In this document: in pieces, positions 25,371-38,384 of the stretch | Layout of the letters: every line of letters begins with the position of its first letter | Position numbering within the stretch: position 1 is the first letter of the stretch | Origin: Octopus vulgaris | Taxonomy: Eukaryota | DNA: 64,000 nt | Direction of reading: 5' to 3' | NCBI GenBank assembly: GCA_951406725.2 | Contig: OX597836.1 | Coordinates: forward strand, 24,986,001-25,050,000 | The notes under the pieces: generated by a model | Database searches by the model: none | What the model was told of the DNA's origin: nothing | Seen by the model: only the letters and a program-made list of their open reading frames with translations | Position numbers and translations under genes: made by a program

Positions 25371-25472
25371 CTTTACAGCTGTTTCTAGAATAGTTATATA
25401 TTTGGTGCAGATCTATTCATATTGTCCACAATGCAAAAGGTTACATACAACTTATTCAATTGTCAGAAAAAG
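25371..25472 (-). ncRNA. Degenerate hammerhead-like motif with long stem II
   Basis: Minus strand: CUUUUU-CUGACAA(core mutated)-UUGAAUAAGUUGUAU...AUAUAACUAUUCUA-GAAAC-AGCU-GUA-AAG, with palindromic loop III. Confidence 0.45.
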
Positions 25473-25984
25473 AATGTCTATAGTAGCAAAGAAAATAGAA
25501 TGTCTGACTAGAGAGACAGACATATTAACTACCTAGTTGTGTATATATGTGTGTATAAATAGGTGCAAGCATAGTTGTGTGATAAAGGAGTTTGCTTCCA
25601 AATGACATGGCTTCTGCCTCATTTTCACCTTGTGGAATCTTGAGCAAGTGTATTCCATTATAGCCCCAGATCAACCAAAGTATTTTAGAGTGGATTTGGT
25701 AGAGGGGAACTTAGGGAAGCTTGCTGTATGTATGTAATTAGTGTATGTTTGTATCTTTATGTCTTGACATTATGTAATTATTGTGAATGAGCTTCACTGT
25801 TATGCAGACTTTGTCCTTCATTTCCAATCTTTTGTGAAAGCATTTCTGTGAAATATTCTCTTGCTTAGAAATGGGTGAATTGTTGTTGAAGGGAAGAGCA
25901 TCCTGCAGTAAAAAATCTGCTTCAATGAATTCCATCTCACTCATGTAAACAAGGAGAAATGGATGTTAAAACAATGATAAGGGA

Positions 25985-26031
<47 letters not shown>

Positions 26032-26306
26032 TGTGTATACATATGAGAGAGAGAGAGAGAGAGGAGGATGCATGTATTTGTGTGTGTATATATATGGATG
26101 TGTGTATACATATAGACATATGTATGTGTATATATGTGCATGTATGTATGTGTATATATTTTTTTAAACATGAATATGTGCATGTACACACACACACACA
26201 CACACACACATTTGTGTATTGTATTTATACATTGGGTAGTCATTTAATTGGTCATCTTGTGTCCTTGTGGTGCACCAGTGACTCAGTTGTTCCTCTTGTG
26301 TTTCAG

Positions 26307-26369
26307 TGACCCAGCTGGTCGTCTTGCGGTCCCTCGGGGACTCAGCTGGTCTTATCGCATCACATCTCG
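26307..26369 (+). other. Candidate 63-nt frame-preserving exon
   Basis: Acceptor ttcctcttgtgtttcag| and donor |gtgagt. Open in two frames (TQLVVLRSLGDSAGLIASHL or DPAGRLAVPRGLSWSYRITS). GC/CpG-rich unique island. Confidence 0.5.
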
Positions 26370-27486
26370 GTGAGTCAATCATCTGAATACATGATGCCAA
26401 AGTCTAAGAAACTGTGAGAAAGTATATAAAGAACTGTTCTAAATTGAGACTTCATCCAAGAACTCCCGTTGAGTCATTATGGGAATTACGCAGGTGGAAC
26501 AGTTTTTTGACAATTCTTGTTGTTGTAGTTGTTGTCGTTGCCGTTGCTATTTTTAATGGTTCTGTTTGGTTGTGGCAGTTTTCTTTTTAAAGATATTAAT
26601 TGAATGAACCTTTTTTGGTTCTTGGTAGTGGTGGTGGTGGTGGTGGTAGTAATAGTAGTAGTAGTAGTGGTTATTGTGATAGGAGTGGTGGTCATGTTGA
26701 TGGTAGTGGAAATGTTGATTGCAATTATAGTGAAGTTGGTTGTGTATTAGTAGTGGCAGTGTTGTTGGTGTATGGTGGTGGTGGTAGTAGTTTGTTGTAG
26801 TGATCCTGATGGTGGTGTTTGGTGGTGGTGGTGGTGGTAATATGACTGGCGGTGTTTACGATAATGGTGGTGTTACTGTTTAACTCCAGGTCTGTTATGA
26901 TTGAACACCATACTTATGAACAAAGAAGACATTCCAACTTTGCCTACCTATCCTGGTTCTTTTTTAAGGGTTTTCATCAAAGGAAAAATGTGAGGAAATT
27001 TAGCTGCTATTGCTTGCAGGGTGCACAACCATGTAGAGGTCCTGTGGTGGTGGTGATGGCGGGGGGGGGGGGTTAGTTTTGGTGCTGATGATAGTATAGG
27101 TAGTGGTATTGTTGGTGGTAGAGAAAATGTGAGAAGCTGTAGTTGAAAGTACAGCACACACCACCAATTGTCACAACCGCCACTGCCACCACTTCCACCA
27201 TCGTCACCATTGTCGCTGCCACCACTTCCACCACCACCACTACATCTGCTGGCCACCACTAACACCACAACACCTTTGTCATCACCACCACCATTGTAGT
27301 AACTGCCTCTACAGCTACCACTGTCACCACCACCACCACCACCACCACCACCCTCACCATAGACTATATTAGTCACATCACCCCAGTGAATACATTGGAA
27401 TGTGTTGATATAATTATTTTAATACATTTCTTGAAACTAATCCTGCAAAAAAAAAAAAAAGAACAAAAAAAACTTCACAGCTCAAA

Positions 27487-27528
<42 letters not shown>

Positions 27529-28815
27529 AGGATTTCTGAAATTTTCTTCAGGTTGCTGGGAAAAGGGTGGGGGTGTACTACTTTAGTTTTGCTTTGGTCT
27601 CTTTACTTTCTTCTTTTAATACTGTTCCCTTTCTTTCTTCCTTTCTTTCCTCCTCTCTTTCTCTCTCTCTTTCTCTTCCTACCCCACCCCTCTCTCCAAT
27701 ACAATGTATTCCTTTTACTTTTCGTTTCATCAAATTTCTCCGTTTTCTTCCATTCCGGTCTTTGCATACACCGATTCCTCATCTTTTTCTATCTATTTTT
27801 TTTGTTTGTTTGTTTGTTTTGTTTTTACCCTTTCGTCTCCATCATCCTCATCACCACTCTCATCATCATCATCATCATCATGACCAGTATCATTGTCATA
27901 ACCACCACAATGATTATCATGCCTCTCCCCCCACCCACCCTACACCTTCCTTCTATTTCTATAATGCAACAAATTTCTTCTAAAATCAATAAAGCTGGTG
28001 TGAATCACACTTCTGGCATTTGGTTGTGATGTTATTACAACAACAACAACAACAACTGCTAATATAGACACAAGGTATGATATTTGAGGGGAGGGGCACT
28101 TTTGGTTATCTTGACCTAAGTGGGATTTGAACTCAGAACGTAAAGAGTGACAAAATGCTTCTAAGTGTTTAGCCCAGCATGGTGACAATTCTGCCAACTT
28201 TCCATTTTTAATCCTTTCTACTAAAGGCACAAGGCCTGAAATTTGATTGGGGGGACTAGGTCGACTACATCGACCCCAGTTCTTGTCTGGGAATTATTTT
28301 ATTGACCCTGAAAGGATGAAAAGCAAAATCAACCTCGGTGGAATCTGAACTCAGAATGTAAAGATGGATGAACCTGAAGCCATGTGGTTGGGAAGCAAGC
28401 TTCTTACCACAGAGCCACATGAAAAATAAAAATATTTCTGTAAATTTCTGAGAAAAAAGGATAAATAAGTTTTTCACTTGTTGTTAAGAGTAATCAATTA
28501 ATTACCTCATCAGTTATGTTGTATTAAAGTATATCCTCCAATATGTTGATAAAAAGCTAATCCTTGTTTTGGTAAATCCAGTATATTCATAGTAATAGTG
28601 CTTATCTGTGTGTATTCTGCAGTGTTAAGTGGATGAGAGGTAAACCACCTCCTGGATGAGCGCACTAGTTTTTATCACAACAGGAAGAAGAGTTGTATTC
28701 AATGCAACAAGTTAACAATCCTCTTGTCTATGACCACTTGTTACTGTACTAAACTGTACACCCCTTGTGGTACCTACTTACAGCTAGGATGGCTGAGCTG
28801 TTTATTAACAGTTAA

Positions 28816-29220
28816 ACCTTTAGCATTCAGATTACTCTGTCAAATGTTATGCTTATATATATTCTCATTATTTTGAATTAATCAAACCGAGTTTGACTTT
28901 GTCTTTTATCGTTTTGGGAGTCAATAAAATAAGTACCAGTTGCACACTGGGGTTGACGTAATTTCAGGAGAAGGGGATTGATGTAGTCGACTTACCACTT
29001 CCCCCCAAATTTCTGGCCTTGTGCCAAAATGTGAAACCCTCATTTTGAATTAATCATGCATTATCTTGTACCCTTCGTTATTTCAATGATGTGATTATTG
29101 TGATTATTTGCTTTTAGAATGACATGCTAGGGGTCAGTGTGTGGAATCAGACCTGGCTGGTTTGAGCTTAAAATGGATGGAATATTTGGGCCAGATATGG
29201 TCTGTTTAAATGCTAAAGAG
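28816..29220. mobile_element. piggyBac-like MITE with a nested family A SINE fragment (~28885-29040)
   Basis: TTAA on both sides and TIRs ACCTTTAGCATT / AATGCTAAAGAG. The nested insert is flanked by duplicated TTTTGAATTAATCA. Related fragments lie at ~18273-18425 and ~63917-64000. Confidence 0.8.
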
Positions 29221-29225
29221 TTAAG

Positions 29226-29659
29226 TACCGGGATGTCTTGATATACGAGTTTATTTGTTCCTGGAGATCGTTTGTAAAGTGAAAACTCATAAAGCAGAGC
29301 AATGATTTCCCATTGCAGCAATGAAATTTTATGCTGTCATTTTGCTGTCGCTGTGTAGACATGTCAAAACAAGTGTTGCCACATGTTTGTGACGTTGCTA
29401 CATGTTGCTATGCTGCCACATGTGGTGTCACCACATGCCGTGATGTTGCCACATGTGGTGTTGCAACATGTTGCACCATTGCAACATGTTGCAGTATTGC
29501 TACATGTTGCAGCATTGCTACATGCGGCAATGTTGTCACATGTTGCAACGTTACCACACACACAAAATGGTTGTGTAACCTTTTTAATGTATTATAAAAT
29601 AAAACTCAGAAACAGAGGGTCTCACAAAGCGGGACCTCATGAAGCAAGATATTACTGTA
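29226..29659. mobile_element. Possible Tc1/mariner-pogo (Tigger-like) MITE carrying an internal 18-bp minisatellite (29331-29556)
   Basis: Degenerate ends TACCGGGATGTCTTGATATACGAG / CTCATGAAGCAAGATATTACTGTA; ~12 units of ACATGTTGCNNNNTTGCT inside. Confidence 0.5.
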
Positions 29660-30522
29660 TCTCAACCATGAACATATTGTAAACCTCTATTTACAGCCAG
29701 GTAGACTTGGCTACAGGCAATTAGCCATTTTGGCCATGGACATAGCATAATAAAGTATGATGATGATGATGATGTCTACGTAGTGCCTGGTAAACATGTA
29801 GACTACTGGTGGATTACGTCAGGTTGTAATAACTACTTATTAGATTAGAGACAGTTAAGTATCTTGATTAAGGACATAACACAATGAACTAAATCGTGAG
29901 ACCTGCATACAGGTGTGTAGACTACTTATGGGTGCCGTGCAGTGGACTGCCATGTCAACTTACTGTACCTATGTACCTGGTTGATGACAGTTAAGTGTCT
30001 TGATCAAGGGGTGTACTTTACTACAATGGCTACCTACAATCAACTGGGTTTACGGGATTGTTAAATGCCATGGCTGCAGATATAATGTGATTTCACTGAT
30101 CTGCTAGAAACTACCGATTCCTTGGTTGTCTGCGACCCTGTTGATTCAGCAGACTGTATTCTCCAAATAGAATGAGAGAGTTTAGTGCAGCTGTTTGGAT
30201 ACGCACAATTTGGCACAGCTGACTGGACTCTCAGCTTGTTTTGGCATCAGCAACTTTCAGTACTGGAGGCAAACACACATGCACACACACGCATGCACAC
30301 AAAAATAGACACTTGCAAGTAGAGAGAGAGAGAGAGACTTTGAGACATTACAATTTATTGATTGAACCCAATTGACGTAAACTCTTTTACTCTCTTCATA
30401 CACATAAAAAGAAATGTGCCTTTGCAAAGAAACTGAGTGAGAAGGAAGGAGGGAGAGAGGGAGAGAATGATGGAAATATTGAAACTTCTGGTATCAAAAA
30501 GTATCAAGTCAGCAATGCCAAA

Positions 30523-30935
30523 CCTATTTCTTTACTACCCACAAAGGGACTAAACATAGAGGGGACAAACAAGGACAGACATAGGTATTAAGTCGATTAC
30601 ATCGACCCCAGTGCGTAACTGGTACTTAATTTATTGACCCATGGAAGGGTGAAAGGCAAAGTCGACCTCGGCAGAATTTGAACTCAGAACATAACGGCAG
30701 ACGAAATACCTATTTCTTTACTACCCACAAGAGGCTGAACATAGAGGGGACAAACAAGGACAGACATAGGTATTAAGTCGATTACATCGACCACAGTGCG
30801 TAACTGGTACTTAATTTATCGACCCCGGAAGGATGAAAGGCGAAGTTGATCTCGGCGGAATTTGAACTCAGCATGTAACGGCAAACGAAATACCGCTAAG
30901 CATTTCGCCCGACACGCTAAACATTTCGCCCGGCC
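30523..30935 (-). mobile_element. Head-to-tail dimer of family A SINE
   Basis: The ~187-bp body is repeated (30523-30710, 30710-30895) and joined at GAAATACC|TATTTC. Confidence 0.9.
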
Positions 30936-31432
30936 AACAGTGCCAAAATGCTTCCTCTATTTCTCCAAATATATCAGATGGTGGCAAAATGGGTCATGAA
31001 TAAAAATGGCAATTCCAATGATGCAAATCCCAGTTTCAAAACTCCAGTGTTTCGTTGTGTGATATAAGAACCTTCATCCTCTGTTCTTTATTGAGCTCTT
31101 GGGAATGGTAGGTTGTAAAGGATCTTCTGGAAATCAACACCTATACAAGACATGGAACAGACTTCATTTCACATCCAGTTAACACGATGAAAATAGATTT
31201 GGTGAGGAAGTAAGCTCTCATCCTTAAATAGTATCTCTGAAGGCATCTTATATAAGATTTACTATATATATCTTTTATCTTTTACTTGTTTCAGTCATAT
31301 AACTGTGCCCATGCTGAGCACTGTCTAGAAGGATTTTACTTGAGGGAATCGACCCCAATACATAGTTTAATTTTTTAAAGTTTGGTACTTATTCTATTGG
31401 TCTCTTACAAACACAGACACAAAGACACACAG

Positions 31433-31478
<46 letters not shown>

Positions 31479-31997
31479 TCATCATCATTTAATGTCTGCC
31501 GTCCATGCTGGCATGGGTGGGGTGGTTTGGCAAGAGCCAGCCAGGTGGAAGCCTGCACCAGACTTCTGTGACTGTTTTGGCTGGATTTTTACAGCTGGAT
31601 GCCCTTCCTTACACCAACCACCTGGCAGGGTGGACTGAGTGCTTTTTAAGTGGCATAAGTTCATGTGAGGTCAGTTTTGGCAAGGTTTTTATAGCTGGAT
31701 GCCCTTCCAAATGCTAACCACTTTACAGTGTGGACTGGATGCTTTTTAAGTGGCACCTGCACTGACAGGGTGACCGACTACTTGCAAGACAAAGAAAAAC
31801 TCTTTTGAGAGGGAAAGGGCCTTTGGAGAAGGTGATTTTGTGTCAGATGGATGAAAGGTTACAGTTAGGCAGAAAGACAGAAATAGGTGTCTTGCTGTAG
31901 AAAAGGTACAAGGCTACCTGGCCAGAGAGAGAGATCAGGAATGAAGATAGAAACAGGTGTGCTGCTGCAAAGGAAATACATGGTTACCCAACCTGAG

Positions 31998-32043
<46 letters not shown>

Positions 32044-32203
32044 GGTGGACTTCTTTCAGTTTCCAGCTATCAAATCCACTCACAAGGCTTTGGTCAATCC
32101 AAGGCTAAACTAGAAGACACTTGCTCAAAGTGTCATGCAGTGGGACTGAACTTGGAACCATGTGGTTGGCAAGCAAACTTCTTACTACTCAGCCATGCCT
32201 GCA

Positions 32204-32287
<84 letters not shown>

Positions 32288-32293
32288 TAGATA

Positions 32294-32691
32294 CTAGCAG
32301 TATCGCTCGGCGTTGCTCAGGTTTGTAAGGGAAATAACTATATAAGCATTTTTAGAGAGTTATAGCAAAAAATAGCAAAAAAATGCATTAGAAATGGAAA
32401 AAAAAAATGATGCTAAATTTTTTTAAAATCGTTGACTCATCGTAGACATTTTTAGAGAGTTACTTCCCTTATATAATATCGAAAAAATGCATTAAAATGG
32501 AAAAAAATGATGGTAAATTTTTTTTTAAATCGTAGACTCATTGTAGACGTGCACTAATACCCAGAAGGGCTCGATATGAATCATGACTATAAGATACCCG
32601 GTTTTGGTTAAACTGCACCGCAAAATGTGGGAGTAGTTAGGAATCTAAATTGTAGGAGACAGACACACAACCTCTCTTTTATATATAAAGA
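32294..32691 (-). mobile_element. Non-autonomous Helitron
   Basis: Minus strand begins A|TC(TTTATATATAAAAG) and ends with a GC-rich hairpin (CCTGAGCAACGCCGAGCG) then ATACTG-CTAG|T. No TSD. Confidence 0.8.
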
Positions 32692-33289
32692 TATACACAC
32701 ATATTATACATACACAGACATGAATCATTGAAGATAGATAACATTTACAGATAACATATATATCTCATATTCTTTTGTTCTTTTACTTCTTTCAGTCATT
32801 TGACTGTGGCCATGCTGGAGCACCATCTTAACATCTTATACGTCTTGACTAGAATCATTCTAGTCAAAAGCCTAATGTTAGTGTTATAGTTAGAAAGTGT
32901 ACCACCCTACCACCATCCCCAGCTTCCCAAACTTATACAGACTTTTAAACAACAAGACCCCCATCAGAGCATTACCAGGGTGGATTGTTTCCCTCCCCTG
33001 GCTACCTATGCTACTGCATAACCTTTTTTTTAATTCTTTCTTTTTCACATTTATGTAAGATGGTTTTGCACTGCTTGTTCCTTTCTGTTACTAATCGCTC
33101 AACTGTGGAGTGGAACCTGCTTTGCCTTGTTGCTTCACTGAAGCCGGATTGAGAAGACTAATGATTAACTCCTTTTTAATGTACAGTATATCTATACTTA
33201 CATTAACCAATGTAGGGTGTGTTTTGTTAAGATCAACAGATCTGGTATGGGAGCAGAACCAACAGACTGCTGGACAAAATAATCTATGG

Positions 33290-34026
33290 AAATAATAATA
33301 ATAATAATAATGATAATACTAATAATAATCCTTTCTACTAAATGCACAAGATCTGAAATTTCGGGGAAGGGGACTAGTCGATAACATCGACCCCAGCATT
33401 TCACTGGTACTGAATTTATTGACTCCAAAAGGACGAAATGCAAAGTCAACCTTGACGGAATTTGAACTCAGAATGTAGCAGCAGATGAAAAACCGCTAAG
33501 CATTTCGCCTGACATGCTAACGATTCTGCCAGCTCACTGCCTTAATAATAATAATGATAATGATAATTAATTTGTTTTATTGGCCACAAGGGCTGACAAA
33601 AATCAATTAGAAACATTTAGTGACAAAACAGGACAAAATGTTACAAAGGGTTTTGTCCATTTGAAAAAATCCGTGTAAAAATTCAGAGATAACAACGAAA
33701 TATTTAACAATTAAAACTCCCAATAGGGGGAGGCACTTCGAAAGGTTACTTGTGGAAAAACCCATAAAAGCCACGGGAGCCTGGTCAAAAGCGGGGTAGT
33801 AATAATAATCTTTTCTATTATAGGCATAAGACCTGAAATTTGGGGAAAGAGAGTAAGGTGATTACATCCACCCTCCCGCCCGACATGACTGGTATTATTT
33901 TATTGATCCCGAAAGGATGAAAGGCAAAGTTTACCTCAGTGGAATTTGAGCTCAGAATGTAACGAGCTGAAAGAAAATCCACTTAGCACTTTGCCCAGTG
34001 TGCCCACAATTCTGCCAGTTACAGCC

Positions 34027-34064
<38 letters not shown>

Positions 34065-34250
34065 TTTGGCACAAGGCTAGTAATTTTGATGGGAAGGAGC
34101 AAGTGAATTATACCCACCCCGACTACTTTATTGGTACTTTATTTTATTGGTCCCAGAAGGATGAGCAACAAAGTTGACCCCAGTGAGATTTGAACTTTGA
34201 GTATAGTGAGCGAGATGAAATTTTGCGAAGCATTTTGTGTGGCATGGTGA
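33290..34250 (-). mobile_element. Cluster of three same-orientation family A SINEs (tail type 2) plus a LINE-like 3' UTR fragment (33570-33795), separated by (AAT)n
   Basis: Copies at ~33325-33545, 33805-34030 and 34060-34250, each bounded by (AAT)n. Similar clusters lie at 17730-18250 and 59595-60010. Confidence 0.85.
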
Positions 34251-35147
34251 TAGTTTTTTTTTTTTCCAAAAAAAAAAAAATGCACTTTTAATAGTAGGTT
34301 CAATTGTTGAACTAAAACTGTAATAAAACCTCTCTGGTTTTGAAGGAGGTTGGTACTTAAGGGAAAGTGAGAACAGGAAGGAAATTCAATAAATAAAATG
34401 AAAAAAAAAAAAACTGCAAAATACTAAAAGAAAAAAGGAAGAAAAGGCCTTATTGAAGTGTACAGTTACATAGGATATTGCAAATGGAAGCTACCTCAAC
34501 ACCTTAGCTTGCATTTCACCATTCCTTTTTCTCTAATTTTGTCTGTGGAATTAGTTCTCTCTGCCTGATTGAGAGAACTTGATAAATGGTAAAGGAACAG
34601 GATTGAAGCTGAAAGTGAGGCGGGAACTGAAGAAATAAAGCCTGATGTAGTGGGGAAAAGTACGGAAGAGATTTAACCCCCCCCCCAAAAAAAAGCCAAA
34701 ATGAAATGAAAGCTAATGTCTGCTCTCAACATATTAGTAATCTTTTAATGAAATAAATGTTCTGACTCATGTAATTTTTCACTCAGAACATTTTGTGTTG
34801 AGTTGCATGGTTTATTATCTTCTGCACTTATCAACTCAACTGCTTCATCTAGCCTCTTCTATTCTTCTCATCTCTACTTTATCAAGTATATTTTCTAGAT
34901 TTGCAGCCATTGCCTACAGACATGGCCTCTCTCTCTCTATGGCCTCTCTCTCTCTCTCTCTTGGCAGTGATGATGTTAGCTGTTTGCTGTAAGAACAGCC
35001 AAGATCTGATAACATATCATTCTGGATTATCTCTTGTCAACTTATTCAACATTTCATGCAACGATTAACTCCCGAAATTTTGCTCAAGTTATTTCGTCTG
35101 ACAGAATGTTTGATAATCATTTCCTCCTCCTCCTCCTCCTCCTCCTC

Positions 35148-35208
<61 letters not shown>

Positions 35209-35481
35209 CTACCACTACTACTACTACAAAAATTTAAAAACAAACTCCAACTGAAAGAAGCCTGTCATATGTATATGTGTGTGTGTATGTGTTTGTGTTT
35301 GTCCCTCCACCATTGCTTCACAACCGATGTTGGTGTGTTTGCATCCCCATAACTTAGCAGTTCAGCAAAAGAGAATGATAGAGTAAGTACTAGGCTTAGA
35401 AAGAATAAGTCCTGGGGTCAATTTGTTCGACTAAAGGAAGTGTTCCAGCATGGCCACAGTCAAATGACTGAAACAAGTAAA

Positions 35482-35512
<31 letters not shown>

Positions 35513-35759
35513 CGCATGTACAAAAGTAAACCTGTTTATTCTTTTCAGTGTGTTATGAGGATAGTGGAGGGAAGATTGATTTCTTGTGAGGGATACCTTT
35601 GGTTAATTTAAAGTACAAGAGTACAACAGTCTTGTTCCAAGTTCACCTGTTCTTTCTGGGTATGGGACATCTTGGCATAGCTGTTTCGGCACCACCTATT
35701 TTGTGTAGTTGACTCGTTGCTGTCTTATTTGATGTCAGATGTTTTAATGCTTCCTTCAT

Positions 35760-35793
<34 letters not shown>

Positions 35794-36699
35794 ATGTGTG
35801 TCTTACAAAAAGGATACATTAGATAATGTGGTTTGAGATACACTATGCCTTGTCAAGTTAAGACACTGGTCATATCTTGAACGTCTTTGGTTATAAGTCT
35901 ACCATTTGATAGCTGTGGTAGTGTTAAGCCACCAACAGCACTACTATCACTATCGACAACAAGCAAAGGAGCTCAAAATGCTAGAAATAGCAACCAAATC
36001 TGGTAAATAAAGAAAGGAGATCGTAGATATTGCTACAAATCTCTAAAACGAATGGATAGTATTGCCAAAATACCTTTGGTCATAGATTTGCTCAAACCCT
36101 AACCCTAACCAACACCGACAACAACATTGCCAAAACTAAAAGAACCAATTGAGGAAGCTCTTCACCAGGTATGGGCAACCTTGTTTTTGAGAAGTGGGTT
36201 TTATGAGGCATGGCTCATCAGGTGAGCTGCTCTATTAAAGAATATTCAAGGTAATTTTCTTATCAGATGGTGCCATTCAGAAAGTTCCATGGGCCATAGG
36301 TAAAACCATGGCCAGTTTTTCTACTCAATGAGTGTTAGAAATCATCATCATCATCATTTAACGTCCACTTTCCATGCTAGCATGGGTTGGACGATTTGAC
36401 TGAGGGCTGGTGAACCAGATGGCTGCACCAGTCTCCAGTCTTGATCTGGTATAGTTTCTACAGCTGGATGACCTTCCTAACATCAACCACTCCGAGAGTG
36501 TAGTGGGTGCTTTTACGTGCCACCTGCATGGGGGCCAGTCAGGCGGTACTGGCAACGACCTTACTTGAATGTTTTTACACATGCCACTGGCACAAATGCC
36601 TGTAAGGCGACGCTGGTAACGATCATGCTCGAATGGTGCCTTTTACGTGCCACTGGCACGGAAGCCAGTTAGCCACTCTGGCAACGATCACGCTCGGAT

Positions 36700-37410
36700 G
36701 AAAGCAGTATTGACTTTTTGCTTCAGCTCGGAGACTTCTTCTGCCAATCTGTCTTAAATAGAATATCTTTTGTCTTTAGACTTTCAGAATTCTTGAGAAT
36801 TTCTTTTAATTGTATCAAAACATTTCACTGTCTGTCTCTTAAATCTTCAGGTATTAGAAATTATTCCATGACTCTATCATTTGCAAATATTCCCATCAAA
36901 TTCTTAATATTGCCAATCCAATCATCTTTGCTTATTTTGTTTGTTTTGTCCGCTGCCATGTCAACTTCATTTCTTTCCAAACAATCGATGCTGTTTTCAT
37001 TTAATTCTTCAAATTCTTCAATCTGCACAATGTTTTCACCCACCCTTTCTTTGACACTCCTCTTCTCTTCATTGGTTTCTCTCTGTAAACTTTCTATTTC
37101 AACCAATGTCAGCCAATCTCTTCTGAGAATTATACATGCTTAGCTCATTAATTTATTTTCTGTCAACTCACACGTATCTCTATTTTATCAGTTTCTGAAC
37201 ATTCCACTGCCACCAACACCTCTGCCGCCTTCATTCTTCCTAACTTTCAAATAACATTCCATCAAAGCTCTATAATCCTTCTTAAGCCTTATCTTCAAGC
37301 ATGATGACTGCACTGAGTGGGTACTGCTTGCTCTAGCGCAGCACAGCACATTTGCCTGATGCAACAGTTTTACATGTGGTTCCACTTCCATTTACATCAT
37401 TAATGCTGTC
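36700..37410 (-). mobile_element. Decayed N-terminal region of an R4/Dong(Rex6)-like non-LTR retrotransposon
   Basis: Minus strand reads ...DYRALMECYLKV... then ELTENKLMS*ACIILRRDWLTLVEIESLQRE. This matches my recollection of the R4-clade N-terminal motif (LMECY...TEQRLADQARxIxxxxWLSxVELExI). Several stops are present. Confidence 0.6.
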
Positions 37411-37484
37411 TGGTTTAATGTTTAATTCAGTGGCTCTCAACCAAGGTCCACTTGACCCTTCGGGGTCCAAATAAGATTTTATTG

Positions 37485-37748
37485 TGCTATATTTAAGAAA
37501 TGAGGAATTATTTACATTATTTACATTTGATGGATATTTGTCCTCATCTTGTTTGTTGTTAACACAACGTTTCGGCTGATATACCCTCCAGCCTTCATCA
37601 GGTGTCCTGGGGAAATTTCGAATCTGGATTCTCATTCCTAAGGTACTTTTTGATGATGTTATTATTATTATTATCATTATTATTATTAGTCAGGTCACTG
37701 CCTGGAATCGAACCCACGGGCATATGGTATAGTGGTTAAGAGCACAGC
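37485..37748 (-). mobile_element. SINE family D with a short inverted head segment at its 5' end
   Basis: The D tail and body lie on the minus strand. At 37713-37748 the head (CCCACGGGCATATGGTATAGTGGTTAAGAGCAC) is on the plus strand. Confidence 0.85.
37561..37606 (-). ncRNA. Minimal type I hammerhead ribozyme motif, best-preserved family D copy
   Basis: Minus strand: GACAC-CUGAUGA-A-GGCUG-gagggua uau-CAGCC-GAAAC-GUU-GUGUU. Stem I is GACAC/GUGUU, stem II is 5 bp, and stem III is reduced to the palindrome AACGUU. Confidence 0.75.
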
Positions 37749-38191
37749 TTAGCATTTCTTCCAGCTTTTTGTACATTCTGAGTTCAAATTGTGCTGAGGT
37801 CAACTTTGCCTTTCATCTTTTTTGGGGTTGATAAAATAAAGTAGAGCAGTGGGGTCAATGGAATGGATTTTCACCGCCACTAAAATTGCTCTTTGTTTCA
37901 AAATTAAAAACGATCATTATTATTATTATCATTATTATTATTATTATTATTATTATTAGTCATTTCACTGTTTTCATTCTATAAGAACACATGAGTGTGT
38001 GTGTGTTTGTGTGTGTTTGTGTAGTCTTTTCAAGTGTGTTTGGAATGTTATTTATATTAAATAATGTGTGGGTCACCTGAGAACTTTCATCAATGGCCAT
38101 TGTTGAGCTACAGAAAACTGCTTGGGAATTCCATTAAATCTAAAGTCTGTTTGTCTCTGTGTGTATGTGTGTGATTGTATATATCTATCTG

Positions 38192-38231
<40 letters not shown>

Positions 38232-38338
38232 CTACACACACACACACACACATTGAGTAGATGTGTGAGAATTTGATATCAGTTTCCTGGTGTGTGTGAG
38301 TATGTAAATTAATATATTTGCATTCTTTTGGAGTGTTC

Positions 38339-38384
<46 letters not shown>

